A stretch of DNA of 64,000 bases. Source: an uncultured Pseudomonadales bacterium (GTDB lineage Bacteria; Patescibacteriota; Microgenomatia; UBA1400; Chazhemtobacteraceae). Location: the NCBI GenBank assembly GCA_964618725.1, contig CAZUBK010000002.1:67992-131991 (forward strand), in the 5' to 3' direction. The notes below the pieces were generated by a model. That model saw only the letters and a list, made by a program, of their open reading frames with translations. It was not told the origin of the DNA and did no database searches. Position numbers and translations under genes: made by a program. Below are positions 9,718 to 18,356 of the stretch, piece by piece; positions within the stretch are counted from its first letter, which is position 1, and each line of letters opens with the position of its first letter.

Positions 9718-10578
9718 TTATCTTTTCTTCTCTTGATGAAGTAGAGTCAGGATGGGGATAGCGGTGAAGGGGGAGGAATAGGTACCGGAAACGGAACCTA
9801 TTAGAAGAGCGACGGCAAACCAGCGAATTGTATCACCACCGAGGAGACTAAGAGACGCCAACATAAAGATAATGGTGAGTGAGTTGTTGATTGAGCGGGT
9901 CATGGTTTCATTAATGGCTTGATTGGCGAGATCAACAAAAGGGAGATTCCTTTCTTTGCGACTTAGCTCACGAATCCGATCAAAAACAACAATAGTGTCG
10001 TGGACAGAGAAAGACAGGGTGGTGAGCATGGCGGTGACAAAGAGGGGATCGGTTTGGACGCCGAAGAAGTGACCCAAGAGAGAGAAGCTACCAAGGAGAA
10101 CCAAGGTATCGTGAAGCATGGCGAGGATGGCGGCAATGCCAAACTTTAGATTCTTGAAAGCATAAGCAATATACAGGAGGATGACGAGAATGGCGAGAGA
10201 AAGGGCGGTTAGAGTTTTTGTCAGTAGTTCTTTACCGATACTTGGACCAATGGTGGTGAAGGAGATTTCTTCAATGGTTTCAAATTTTTCTGAGAGTTTA
10301 GCCTTAAGAGTAGTTAATTGTTCTTGACTGATAGTAGGTAGCTTAACGATATATAGATCATCCTTGGAGACAATTTGGACTGTCGAGTAGTCAGAGCTGA
10401 TGATGGATTTAAGCTTGTCTTGGTCTATCGGTGAGGTCTTTAATTCGAGAACAGAGCCGCCGGTGAAGTCGACGGAAGGGTTTAGGCCAAAACGTAGAAG
10501 AGAAAAGACACCGGGGACAATGATCAGAGAAGAGATGAAGAAATAGAAAAGGCGATATTTGAGAAAGTTGATTTTCAT
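9718..10578 (-). CDS. secF: protein translocase subunit SecF
   Basis: DFTGGS, IGPSIG, DTIVVFDRIRE, GTYSS. Confidence 0.96.
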   Translation of the reverse strand: MKINFLKYRLFYFFISSLIIVPGVFSLLRFGLNPSVDFTGGSVLELKTSPIDQDKLKSIISSDYSTVQIVSKDDLYIVKLPTISQEQLTTLKAKLSEKFETIEEISFTTIGPSIGKELLTKTLTALSLAILVILLYIAYAFKNLKFGIAAILAMLHDTLVLLGSFSLLGHFFGVQTDPLFVTAMLTTLSFSVHDTIVVFDRIRELSRKERNLPFVDLANQAINETMTRSINNSLTIIFMLASLSLLGGDTIRWFAVALLIGSVSGTYSSPFTAIPILTLLHQEKKR

Positions 10579-10581
10579 AGT

Positions 10582-11943
10582 CTATTTTTTCTTACTACCA
10601 TCTTTGTTAATATCCTTACCTCGGAAAAAGAGACGAAGAAGAGTGCGAGTGACGAAGATGCCGGTAAAAAGTGACATCAAGACACCGAGTAGGAGAGTCA
10701 ATGCAAAGCCACGGATTGGACCGGAGGTGGGAAGGAAGCTCCAACCAAGAGGATTGAAGAGAATGAGAGCAGTAATGATAGTAGTGATATTGGCATCTTT
10801 AATTGAGTTAAGCGCTCTACCGAAGGCGAGTTCAAGAGCGACTGGCCAAGAACGGCCATTTTTGATTTCCTCCTTATAGCGTTCGAAAATGAGAATATTA
10901 CTGTCAACGGCCATACCAATAGAAAGGATGAAACCGGCAATGCCAGGAAGAGTGAGAGTGATACCAGCTAACTTATATAGACTTAGGCTTAAGAGGCCAT
11001 AGATGAGGAGACCGATGCTTGAGAGGATGCCCATCTGACGATAGATAAGGACGATAAAGGCGATGACGATGGCAAGACCGATTAAACCGGCGCGGACGCT
11101 TTTAGTGATGGAATCGATACCCAGAGTTGGGGCAACGTTTTGTTGACTGATTACAGAAACGGGAACCGGGAGGGCTCCGGCGTTAAGCTGAGTACTCAGA
11201 GTCTTGGCTTCTTCTTTGGTGAAACTGCCGGTAATGACAGCTTGACCAGTGACAATCTCGGATTGGACGACTGGGGCGGTAATGAGTTGATTATCGAGAA
11301 AAATGGCGAGGGGTTTATTTAGCAGCTCTTTAGTCAACTGGGCAAACTTCTTAGTACCATCGGCATTGAACTCAAGACTGACGGTAGGCTTGCCGGTCTG
11401 AGGATCAAAGACGACGCTAGTTTTTTTTAGATCCTTACCAGTGAGATCGGTTGTAACAAAAGTAAGCAGAGGCTCAGCTCCGGGGGTGGCATCGGGAGGG
11501 GCAAGAGTAATGGGTTTCTTAAATTCTAATTGGGCGGTAGAACCAATGAGAGTGAGGGCCGCGGCGGGATCGGTGAGTCCGGGTAGCTCGATAATTATTC
11601 TGTCTTGATCACCTTGTTGCTCTGTTCGAATACTTGGTTCGGCGACGCCGAAGAGATCAACACGTCGGCCGATTATTTCTTTGAGAGAAACTAAAGCTTG
11701 ACCGCGATCAGTAGCGCCAATGGAGCTCATATCGGCAGCCAGGGTGATTTGCGAACCGCCAGCTAGATCGAGTCCGAGTTTGAACTTAATATTGTTACTG
11801 AGATTGAGTGGGCCAAGCTTTAAATTGAGATTTGGACGGGTAATAGTTTTACCACCTAAAACGAACTGAGGAGGGAAATTGAGAAAGATACTAACGACGA
11901 CCAGGAGGAGAATAAGAAGGAGGCGTTGGTGTGAAGAAGTCAT
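10582..11943 (-). CDS. secD: protein translocase subunit SecD
   Basis: LGLDLAGG, GALPVP, GMAVDSNILIFER. Confidence 0.96.
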   Translation of the reverse strand: MTSSHQRLLLILLLVVVSIFLNFPPQFVLGGKTITRPNLNLKLGPLNLSNNIKFKLGLDLAGGSQITLAADMSSIGATDRGQALVSLKEIIGRRVDLFGVAEPSIRTEQQGDQDRIIIELPGLTDPAAALTLIGSTAQLEFKKPITLAPPDATPGAEPLLTFVTTDLTGKDLKKTSVVFDPQTGKPTVSLEFNADGTKKFAQLTKELLNKPLAIFLDNQLITAPVVQSEIVTGQAVITGSFTKEEAKTLSTQLNAGALPVPVSVISQQNVAPTLGIDSITKSVRAGLIGLAIVIAFIVLIYRQMGILSSIGLLIYGLLSLSLYKLAGITLTLPGIAGFILSIGMAVDSNILIFERYKEEIKNGRSWPVALELAFGRALNSIKDANITTIITALILFNPLGWSFLPTSGPIRGFALTLLLGVLMSLFTGIFVTRTLLRLFFRGKDINKDGSKKK

Positions 11944-11965
11944 ACTAAGTGATTTTATGCTTTAA

Positions 11966-12154
11966 TTAGGCGTTTGAGGAGGCCCCTGAAAGAGAGAGCT
12001 GATGGGCACCAGGGAAACTAATAATGAGCTGATTACTTTCTGGACGGGTTTCGATCTTTATCTCACTTCCTAAAGTAATACCGGTTCGTCTGACGAAGCT
12101 ACTGGGTATGGTGACGGCCAAAGAATTACCGGCTTTGATGACTTTCTGAGACAT
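11966..12154 (-). CDS. AbrB/MazE/SpoVT-family DNA-binding protein
   Basis: KVIKAGNSLAVTIP swapped-hairpin signature. Confidence 0.85.
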   Translation of the reverse strand: MSQKVIKAGNSLAVTIPSSFVRRTGITLGSEIKIETRPESNQLIISFPGAHQLSLSGASSNA

Positions 12155-12166
12155 ATGACAAATAAA

Positions 12167-12748
12167 TTAGGAAACGAGATCTAACTCATTACCATAAAGC
12201 ATGACCCGGGACCCGGAGAGAATCGTGAGGATAAAGGGGTCGCGTCGGGCTTTGCGATAGCTTAGCTCATCTTCAGCCATAACAGTATAGTTGACTTCCT
12301 TTTTAGATTTGGCTTCGAAGTTACGAACTAAGATGGTGAGTTGGGGAAGGATAACCTGACCTACGATGAGAAGGTCGACTTGATCCTTTTCTGGGGGGAG
12401 ACCTCTGACGAAGCGGCCAGAAAACATCATATATTTGATTTTGCCAAGCTTTGGGCGATTTTTGATGAGGGAAAGGCCAAGGCCGGTGGTCTTGGCAACA
12501 AGAGAGAGGAGTTCGTGGTAAAAGGAGTAGGAGGGCTTGAAAAAATAGTAGAGGCGATTGCCGCGGTGCTCGGACTTGACCATGCCGTGCTCTTGCATCC
12601 GAGAAAGTTCGCGGCGAATAGCATTGATTTCTTCGCCAGCGAGACGAGTTAGCTCGCGGACATAGAACATTTCGCCAGGTTGGCTTAAGAAAATCTTGAT
12701 TAGTTTGGCGCGGACGCGGCTAACCATAAAGTCGGTGAGTTTGGCCAT
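12167..12748 (-). CDS. winged-HTH regulator fused to a degenerate nucleotidyltransferase-like domain
   Basis: FYVRELTRL..EINAIRREL wHTH; FSGRF...VDLLIVG NTase-like fold. Confidence 0.75.
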   Translation of the reverse strand: MAKLTDFMVSRVRAKLIKIFLSQPGEMFYVRELTRLAGEEINAIRRELSRMQEHGMVKSEHRGNRLYYFFKPSYSFYHELLSLVAKTTGLGLSLIKNRPKLGKIKYMMFSGRFVRGLPPEKDQVDLLIVGQVILPQLTILVRNFEAKSKKEVNYTVMAEDELSYRKARRDPFILTILSGSRVMLYGNELDLVS

Positions 12749-12839
12749 AGTATTAAATGAAATGAAACATAGTAATTGTGAGCAAGTTTTGTATGCAGTC
12801 TAGATTTCTTTGTGGAAAACGTCAAGACGTAAAAGGAAG

Positions 12840-12860
12840 AACCGGCCATTATGGCCGGTT
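12840..12860 (-). terminator. intrinsic terminator
   Basis: aaccggccat t atggccggtt, T-rich tail on minus strand. Confidence 0.75.
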
Positions 12861-12868
12861 CAGTTGGA

Positions 12869-13249
12869 TTAATCATGCGGTGGAAGGAGCTTTGGATCTG
12901 CGAGAAACTCATACAGCCCAGCGACATCGAGGTTGCGGTACGAGAACGAACGACTATAGTCAGTCATTCCATATCCACCTCGACTAAAATGTTCTTCTCG
13001 TCCGAGTAGGCCTTTTTCATTGAGAAAATGTGCTTGCCAGGTGGTGATGATATAACCATCACCGGTGTAGTCATTGGTGGCGACTCGCATTTCTGTCGGT
13101 ATCCCTTCAGGATGGGCGTGCATAAGTTGAAGATAGAGATCTTTCAGTTCTTTTGTTGGGTCAAGAAGGGAAGCAACTTTGGCGAAGAGGGCGTCGAGTT
13201 CACGTTGGGTCTCGGCGTAGCTATCTACGCGGCGACTGGGGATCTTCAA
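12869..13249 (-). CDS. orphan hypothetical protein (likely TTG start)
   Basis: AGGAG 7 nt before TTG; TATAAT at 13281-13286; own terminator. Confidence 0.65.
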   Translation of the reverse strand: MKIPSRRVDSYAETQRELDALFAKVASLLDPTKELKDLYLQLMHAHPEGIPTEMRVATNDYTGDGYIITTWQAHFLNEKGLLGREEHFSRGGYGMTDYSRSFSYRNLDVAGLYEFLADPKLLPPHD

Positions 13250-13345
13250 TCTTTTTCTCCTTTTTAATTTACTTGCGCTCATTATATCAGAAGAATGAGA
13301 ATATGGGGTAGTTCTGAGAAAAGGGTTGTCAAGAGTCTTGGCTGG

Positions 13346-14509
13346 CTATTCAGCGATGATCTTCGTACCAATGGGGAGAGCCTCGATCCAGATCTTGCCT
13401 TCGGGGAAGGTGATCTCTTTACCCTTAGTGTCGGTAAAGACAGTGCGAGAAAGACGGGTCTTCTTGCTCCATTTGGCCTCGGTGACGGTGCCATTGCGAT
13501 ATATCTTGGCAGTACCGGTACCAGTAGTGCCATAGAGCATGTGTTTATTCTCGTTAATCGGACCTTTCTCGGTGACAAACTGGGCAATAATGGTGCGGAA
13601 TTTAAGTTGTTCGTTACTGTTTCTATCTAGATGGGGAGCGCCGCCAGTACTTCGAGCATAGAGGTTGGTGGCGGGGTCGTAGTCCCATTTGACGGTGAAC
13701 TGAGAGTAGTCTTCCCAGAAGTCGAAGGTGATGGAAGCGGCTTTAGCGTTGTCCACGGCTTTGGCTTCTTCGAATTTCCAGGGAGTAAAGGAAGCGGTCC
13801 AGAGTTTGCCGTCATCACCCTTGGCTTCCCAGCCTCTCTCAGCAGCTACTTTCCAGAGAGCCTCGGTTGAGCAGTACATGGTGTGTTCGGTGGCCACTGT
13901 GCCACCTCCTAGGCGGCCGTAGTCACGCCAACATTCTTTAACAGAGAGACCAAACTGATTGAGGTTATTGGCGCCGGCCCAACCATATTGTTTGAGTTGT
14001 CCAAGGGCGTCGGTAGGACCAGGTAAATTAGCACCGCCGACGTGGGTGTAAAGGGGATGATCGGAGTATTCGGAGGCCCAATCGAGGAAGTAGGTACGGG
14101 CAGAGCGGACGGGGCCAATGACCGTATCTTTGTCGATGGCGTCACAATAGAAGACACCCATAAAACGAGTAATCCCTCCTTCGGCGACGGCTTCATAGAC
14201 GACGTCGGCACTTTGCATTCCAGATTGAGGACGAGCCTCGTGGTGATTCTCGACCATGATGACGAGAGGACGACGGGCAGACCAAGCCTCTTGCTCAGCC
14301 TTGGTATATTTCTCACCATTAAGAGGACAGCTCTCGGTCTTTGGGGCACTTGGGTCTACCTGAACAACGGTTCCCTCGGCGATTTCTTGGTCAGTTAAGG
14401 GAGAGGTAAGAGGTCCGGCGGGAGCGGCGAGAAGCCTGAAGGCACCAAAAGAGAGGGCAGAAGACAAGAAATAGACGAGAAAAGCGACTATGAGAGTTTG
14501 CTTGGACAT
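13346..14509 (-). CDS. DUF3048 / YerB-like exported protein
   Basis: RPLVIMVEN..ARPQSG..ADVVYE..EGGITRF, GPVRSAR. Confidence 0.88.
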   Translation of the reverse strand: MSKQTLIVAFLVYFLSSALSFGAFRLLAAPAGPLTSPLTDQEIAEGTVVQVDPSAPKTESCPLNGEKYTKAEQEAWSARRPLVIMVENHHEARPQSGMQSADVVYEAVAEGGITRFMGVFYCDAIDKDTVIGPVRSARTYFLDWASEYSDHPLYTHVGGANLPGPTDALGQLKQYGWAGANNLNQFGLSVKECWRDYGRLGGGTVATEHTMYCSTEALWKVAAERGWEAKGDDGKLWTASFTPWKFEEAKAVDNAKAASITFDFWEDYSQFTVKWDYDPATNLYARSTGGAPHLDRNSNEQLKFRTIIAQFVTEKGPINENKHMLYGTTGTGTAKIYRNGTVTEAKWSKKTRLSRTVFTDTKGKEITFPEGKIWIEALPIGTKIIAE

Positions 14510-14965
14510 TTAAGGCTTGATGGCTTGATTGATAACTTCGATTTCTTCTTTTGATAGGATTTGGTCGGGAGATTTGCCTTTTGTCAGCTGTTTGGCGTAG
14601 AGGCGAGTATTTTCCCGACTATGTAACGAGCTTATCACAATGCCGTCATCATTTTCATCAAGTAGACAAATGATGAAGCTTTGGTCTCCGCCAGTATGGG
14701 AAAAGGGATTAAAACGCTTGAAACCGATCTTTTGAAAATGAAGACGACTTCTTTTAATGAACTTGTTGAGAGATTGTTCTAGGGAGTCGATCTCTTGCTT
14801 GTTCTTGCGAGAAATTTTGAGTAGATCATTGAGGACGCTGGTTAGACTCTCTTTATTGACGTTTTTGGTTAGTGCGTTGTAGTGCTTGGTGATTCGAACG
14901 AGTAGAAAGATGCAGACAAGAGAAGCGATTAGGGCAGTGACTGATAGTACGATAGAAAGATTCAT
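14510..14965 (-). CDS. DUF4446-family membrane-anchored protein; likely start MNLSIV
   Basis: RFNPF..GGDQSF..LLDEN.DG.VISSLHSR...YAK..LS.EE. Confidence 0.85.
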   Translation of the reverse strand: MNLSIVLSVTALIASLVCIFLLVRITKHYNALTKNVNKESLTSVLNDLLKISRKNKQEIDSLEQSLNKFIKRSRLHFQKIGFKRFNPFSHTGGDQSFIICLLDENDDGIVISSLHSRENTRLYAKQLTKGKSPDQILSKEEIEVINQAIKP

Positions 14966-15004
14966 AAAGATGATTGTAACCGTGAAGATGGTCCTTTGCC
15001 AGGC

Positions 15005-15057
15005 TTGACAAAGAAAATCAGCCTCACTATGCTTGCTGTTAGGCATACGATGCCTAA
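15005..15057 (+). promoter_or_regulatory. sigma70 promoter plus 5' hairpin
   Basis: TTGACA-17-TATGCT then ttaggcat acg atgcctaa. Confidence 0.75.
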
Positions 15058-15093
15058 TTTAAATTTTAAGTAACACGAAAGGAGGTGATTAGT

Positions 15094-15255
15094 GTGGCTA
15101 GACAAATGTATTGTGTTAAGTGTCGAACTAAAAGAGACGGTAAGGGTCACCAACAAGTAACCATGAAGAACGGTAAGAAAGCGGTTAAAGCAACTTGTGA
15201 GGTATGTGGTACCGGCATGTTCTTGATTGGTGCTGACGTTTCTGAATTCAAATAA
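15094..15255 (+). CDS. 53-aa basic Zn-ribbon protein (DUF5679-like)
   Basis: MARQMYCVKCRTKRDGKGHQQVTMKNGKKAVKATCEVCGTGMFLIGADVSEFK; GAAAGGAGGTGA SD; below ORF-track cutoff. Confidence 0.88.
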   Translation: MARQMYCVKCRTKRDGKGHQQVTMKNGKKAVKATCEVCGTGMFLIGADVSEFK

Positions 15256-15280
15256 GCCAGCGGTGGATATTTGAACCAAT

Positions 15281-15302
15281 GACCCCCGTTAGGGGGTTTT
15301 TG
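15281..15302. terminator. intrinsic terminator
   Basis: gaccccc gtta gggggtt ttt. Confidence 0.8.
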
Positions 15303-15316
15303 GTGGGGGGGGGAGA

Positions 15317-16063
15317 TTAGGAAATCAGGCCGGCGATGAAGAGGCCGAGGATAAAGGTGTACCAGACAAAGAAGTTGAGAAGATTCCGACGAACGAGAAT
15401 ATCAAGAAGTTTCAGGCTTAGTAGTCCGGTGATAAAGGCGGCAAGAAAACCAGTCAGAAGGGGAGTAGGCTGATACTCAGCACTAAAGAGGTCCTTTCCA
15501 GTTAGCGAGATAGCGGCGAGTATGGCAGGGACGCTTAGAGCAAAAGAGAAAACAAAGGCACTTTCCTTGCTTAATCCCACGAGACGCCCGGCGGCAATAG
15601 TAGCACCGGAGCGAGAGATGCTAGGCAAGATAGCGAGAGCCTGAAAAACACCGATAATGAGTGAGTGTTTTAGGTTAAGCTGGTTAAGTGGAGAACCGGC
15701 TTTGGTGATATGTTCAGCCAAGAAAAGAAGCAGACTGGTAGCAAGAAAACCTAGGGCAAGCAGATTTAGGTCGTTGAAAGTCCATTGGCCGAAACGGTAG
15801 ATAAAAAGACCAAAAAAAATGGCGGGGATGGTACCAACGACAAGGTGAAGAAACTTTTGTTTGAAAAAAAAGGGAATAGATTTGCGGAAATAGAGAAGAA
15901 CGGCGGTGAGAGTGGCGACGTGGATTAGGGTATCAAAGGCTAACGGAGCTTCACTTAAGCCCATGAATTGTTGAAAGATAACTAAATGCCCAGAACTACT
16001 CAAAGGTAGGAACTCGGTGAGTCCCTGAACCAGGCCAAGGAGAAGCGCTTGATCAATGGACAT
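15317..16063 (-). CDS. uppP: undecaprenyl-diphosphate phosphatase
   Basis: QGLTEFLPLSSSGH, SISRSGAT. Confidence 0.95.
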   Translation of the reverse strand: MSIDQALLLGLVQGLTEFLPLSSSGHLVIFQQFMGLSEAPLAFDTLIHVATLTAVLLYFRKSIPFFFKQKFLHLVVGTIPAIFFGLFIYRFGQWTFNDLNLLALGFLATSLLLFLAEHITKAGSPLNQLNLKHSLIIGVFQALAILPSISRSGATIAAGRLVGLSKESAFVFSFALSVPAILAAISLTGKDLFSAEYQPTPLLTGFLAAFITGLLSLKLLDILVRRNLLNFFVWYTFILGLFIAGLIS

Positions 16064-16065
16064 AG

Positions 16066-16767
16066 CTATTTAGTCTCTTTCTGAAAATTCTTGTACCAGT
16101 CGGTGAGGATTTGGTTGACGAGGTCTTTGGATCCTAGGCCGAGACTTAGGCCGAGACCCAAAGCTAGCATGGCGACAAAGCCGGTAAAGAGAATATTAAC
16201 GAATTGCTCTGCAATACTTAACTGAGAAAGGGCGGCGAGAAGACTAAAGACAACAATCACGTAGCTACTGGTTTTGGCGAGAAGCCGAGAAGTCTTGATA
16301 TCGACGGCACCCAGAGAACCTTTGACCAGACTCTCGACAAGACCGGCAATGATGACACCCAAAGAGAGAATGAGAATGGCGGCGAGGACATTGGGAATGT
16401 AGGCCAGGATACTATTGAGAACGGTAGTGACAGTGGTGAGTCCAAGAAGGTTCACCGAGGCAACGAAGAAGATGAGGATGGTGAGGAGACGAACGGCTTG
16501 TCCAATGACTATTTCTACTTTCGTGGTAAGCTCAGCCTTGGTTAGGAACTTTTCGACAGCAGTATCTTTAAAAACGTTGGAGAGTTTGAGGGCAGAGAGA
16601 ACCTTGATGATGAGAGATTTGAACCAACCACCCAATAGAATACCCAAAAGAAAGACTATTATGGCGCCGACAAGGTTAGGAATGAAGAGGGCAATACTGG
16701 TAAGAAAGTTGCTACCGGCATCGGCAAGGGCCAGCTGCCAAGTGGAGAGAGTGGATATTGTATTCAT
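16066..16767 (-). CDS. TM-helix repeat (CmpX/MscS N-terminal-like) membrane protein
   Basis: Two PN(L/V)..AI repeats, C-terminal LGLSLGLGSKD. Confidence 0.8.
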   Translation of the reverse strand: MNTISTLSTWQLALADAGSNFLTSIALFIPNLVGAIIVFLLGILLGGWFKSLIIKVLSALKLSNVFKDTAVEKFLTKAELTTKVEIVIGQAVRLLTILIFFVASVNLLGLTTVTTVLNSILAYIPNVLAAILILSLGVIIAGLVESLVKGSLGAVDIKTSRLLAKTSSYVIVVFSLLAALSQLSIAEQFVNILFTGFVAMLALGLGLSLGLGSKDLVNQILTDWYKNFQKETK

Positions 16768-16813
16768 GAGTTGATGATAAGCAGCCGAGAGTCGTTTGTC
16801 AAAACTAATATAC

Positions 16814-16941
16814 TATAAGAGCCCTAAAGGATCTTCGACTTGCTCGCTTTTTCAGAGTAACTCACATTACTTCTCTGAAACGCTCCGCTTGCCTCTTATA
16901 ACTGTGCCGATAATAGCTTCGCATTATCGTCTGGCTATAGG
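16814..16941. repeat. dispersed structured element, copy B
   Basis: tataagag-(17 nt insert)-cttgctcgct-[tttcagag..ctctgaaa]-cgctccgcttgcctcttata-[cgataat agcttcgc attatcg]-gctatagg. Confidence 0.8.
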
Positions 16942-16977
16942 CTTGATTTTGAGGCTGATGCGTGATAGAATGAAGGC

Positions 16978-17318
16978 ACTAGCCCGGAATGACGCTCCAT
17001 TTGGCCTCGGCCAAAAGGAGAGGAAAGTCCGGACAGCACAAGACAGGGTGGCTTCGGAAACGGAGTCCTCTGGTAAGTAATTGCCAGGGCGCGATAGGGC
17101 CACAGAGACGAGTAACGTGAAACGCCTCCGAGAGAAAAGTTTACTTTTTTCGTAGGAGGATTTCTCAAGGGAGACCTTGGGAAAGTGGTAACCCGCCCCG
17201 CTGCAATCCCCGAGTGATGCGATTTAAGGAAGTCTTGACCAAGCATCGAAGTAGGGAGCATAGATAGATGTCATTCATTCCGCTTTGCGGGATACAGAAT
17301 CCGGCTTACAGGGCTAGT
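16978..17318 (+). ncRNA. rnpB: RNase P RNA
   Basis: GAGGAAAGTCCGG, GCCACAGAGA, GTGAAACG, AGATAGATG, ACAGAATCCGGCTTA; P1 actagccc/gggctagt; TTGATT-17-TAGAAT promoter. Confidence 0.96.
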
Positions 17319-17333
17319 AATTGAAATTAAAGA

Positions 17334-18356
17334 TTATTTTTGGGCAGGAGCGTCGACTAGACGGACTTCACCAGTTTTTGAGAAATAGAGATGACGGATC
17401 GTAACTTGAATAACTAGGACGAGGGGGAGAGAGAGAATGGCCAAGAGGGCACCGCCTAGGCGGTAACCGATGAGCAAGGCAATAATGGTGATGACAGGGT
17501 GAAGACCAACGGCTTTTTTCATGATCATGGGGACGATGAGGTTGTTTTCTAGTTGTTGAATGAGGATGGCGAGACCGATGGTGAGGAATCCATGTAACGG
17601 GGAAGTAGCGAAACCAACAATGGCGGCGGGAACGGCAGCAAGAGTTGGACCAATATTGGGGACAAGTTCGAGCAGGCCAGCGATGATGGCAAGAGGGATG
17701 ATGTAGTCGATACCGATGAGGAAAAGGCCAAGATAGGTAAGTAGGCCAATGGTAAACATAAGAAAGAGCTGACCGCGAACCCAGTGACCGAGTTTCGTTT
17801 CGACTTCGACGATAACAGTCTGGATTCTTTCTGCTTGAGAGCCGAAAAGAAGTTCGAGATGTTGGAGAAGACGGCTTCGCTCGAGAATGAGATAAAAGCT
17901 GATAACAAAAATGGTAAAGGCAAAGATAGCGGCAGAGAAGGTGTTAATGGCGATACGGAAAAGACTGGTGGAAAGGGAACCAAATTGAGCAGTGATGACA
18001 GTTTGATCAAGAGCTGGAATACCAATTTGACTGAGTAGATCAGGAAGACGGCGAATGAAGGCAGAGGTCTGAATGACCATGAGTGGCAGAATGGAGGCGA
18101 AGGCGGCAAAGAGAAAAGTGAGAACGGCGAGGAGAATAACCATTGCAGAAAGAGTGCGGGGAATACGAAGTCTTTTGTTAAGAAAATTAACCAGAGGGTA
18201 GACAGCGGTAGCAATTAAGATGGCGATAAAAAGCGAGACAAAAATGCTGTAAGTAGATTGAAGAAGCTTGAGAAAGAGAAGAAACAAAACGGTAAACACA
18301 ACAGTTTTGTGACTGATTTCGATTTTGATGGGTTTTTTGGAGAAAAGTTTCTTCAT
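17334..18356 (-). CDS. AI-2E/PerM family transporter
   Basis: WVRGQ, VPNIGP, QQLENNLIVP, LHPV motifs. Confidence 0.9.
   Translation of the reverse strand: MKKLFSKKPIKIEISHKTVVFTVLFLLFLKLLQSTYSIFVSLFIAILIATAVYPLVNFLNKRLRIPRTLSAMVILLAVLTFLFAAFASILPLMVIQTSAFIRRLPDLLSQIGIPALDQTVITAQFGSLSTSLFRIAINTFSAAIFAFTIFVISFYLILERSRLLQHLELLFGSQAERIQTVIVEVETKLGHWVRGQLFLMFTIGLLTYLGLFLIGIDYIIPLAIIAGLLELVPNIGPTLAAVPAAIVGFATSPLHGFLTIGLAILIQQLENNLIVPMIMKKAVGLHPVITIIALLIGYRLGGALLAILSLPLVLVIQVTIRHLYFSKTGEVRLVDAPAQK

Noticed and set aside
362-16941. Element as a CRISPR repeat, integron attC or known riboswitch
   Set aside because: Copies are kb apart with no spacers or cas genes; there are no RYYYAAC/GTTRRRY ends; I recognise no aptamer consensus; and the promoters place it outside the mRNAs.
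16796-17261. ORF-track ORFs 16796-17080 (+) and 16935-17261 (-)
   Set aside because: They overlap rnpB and structured element B and have no protein-like features.
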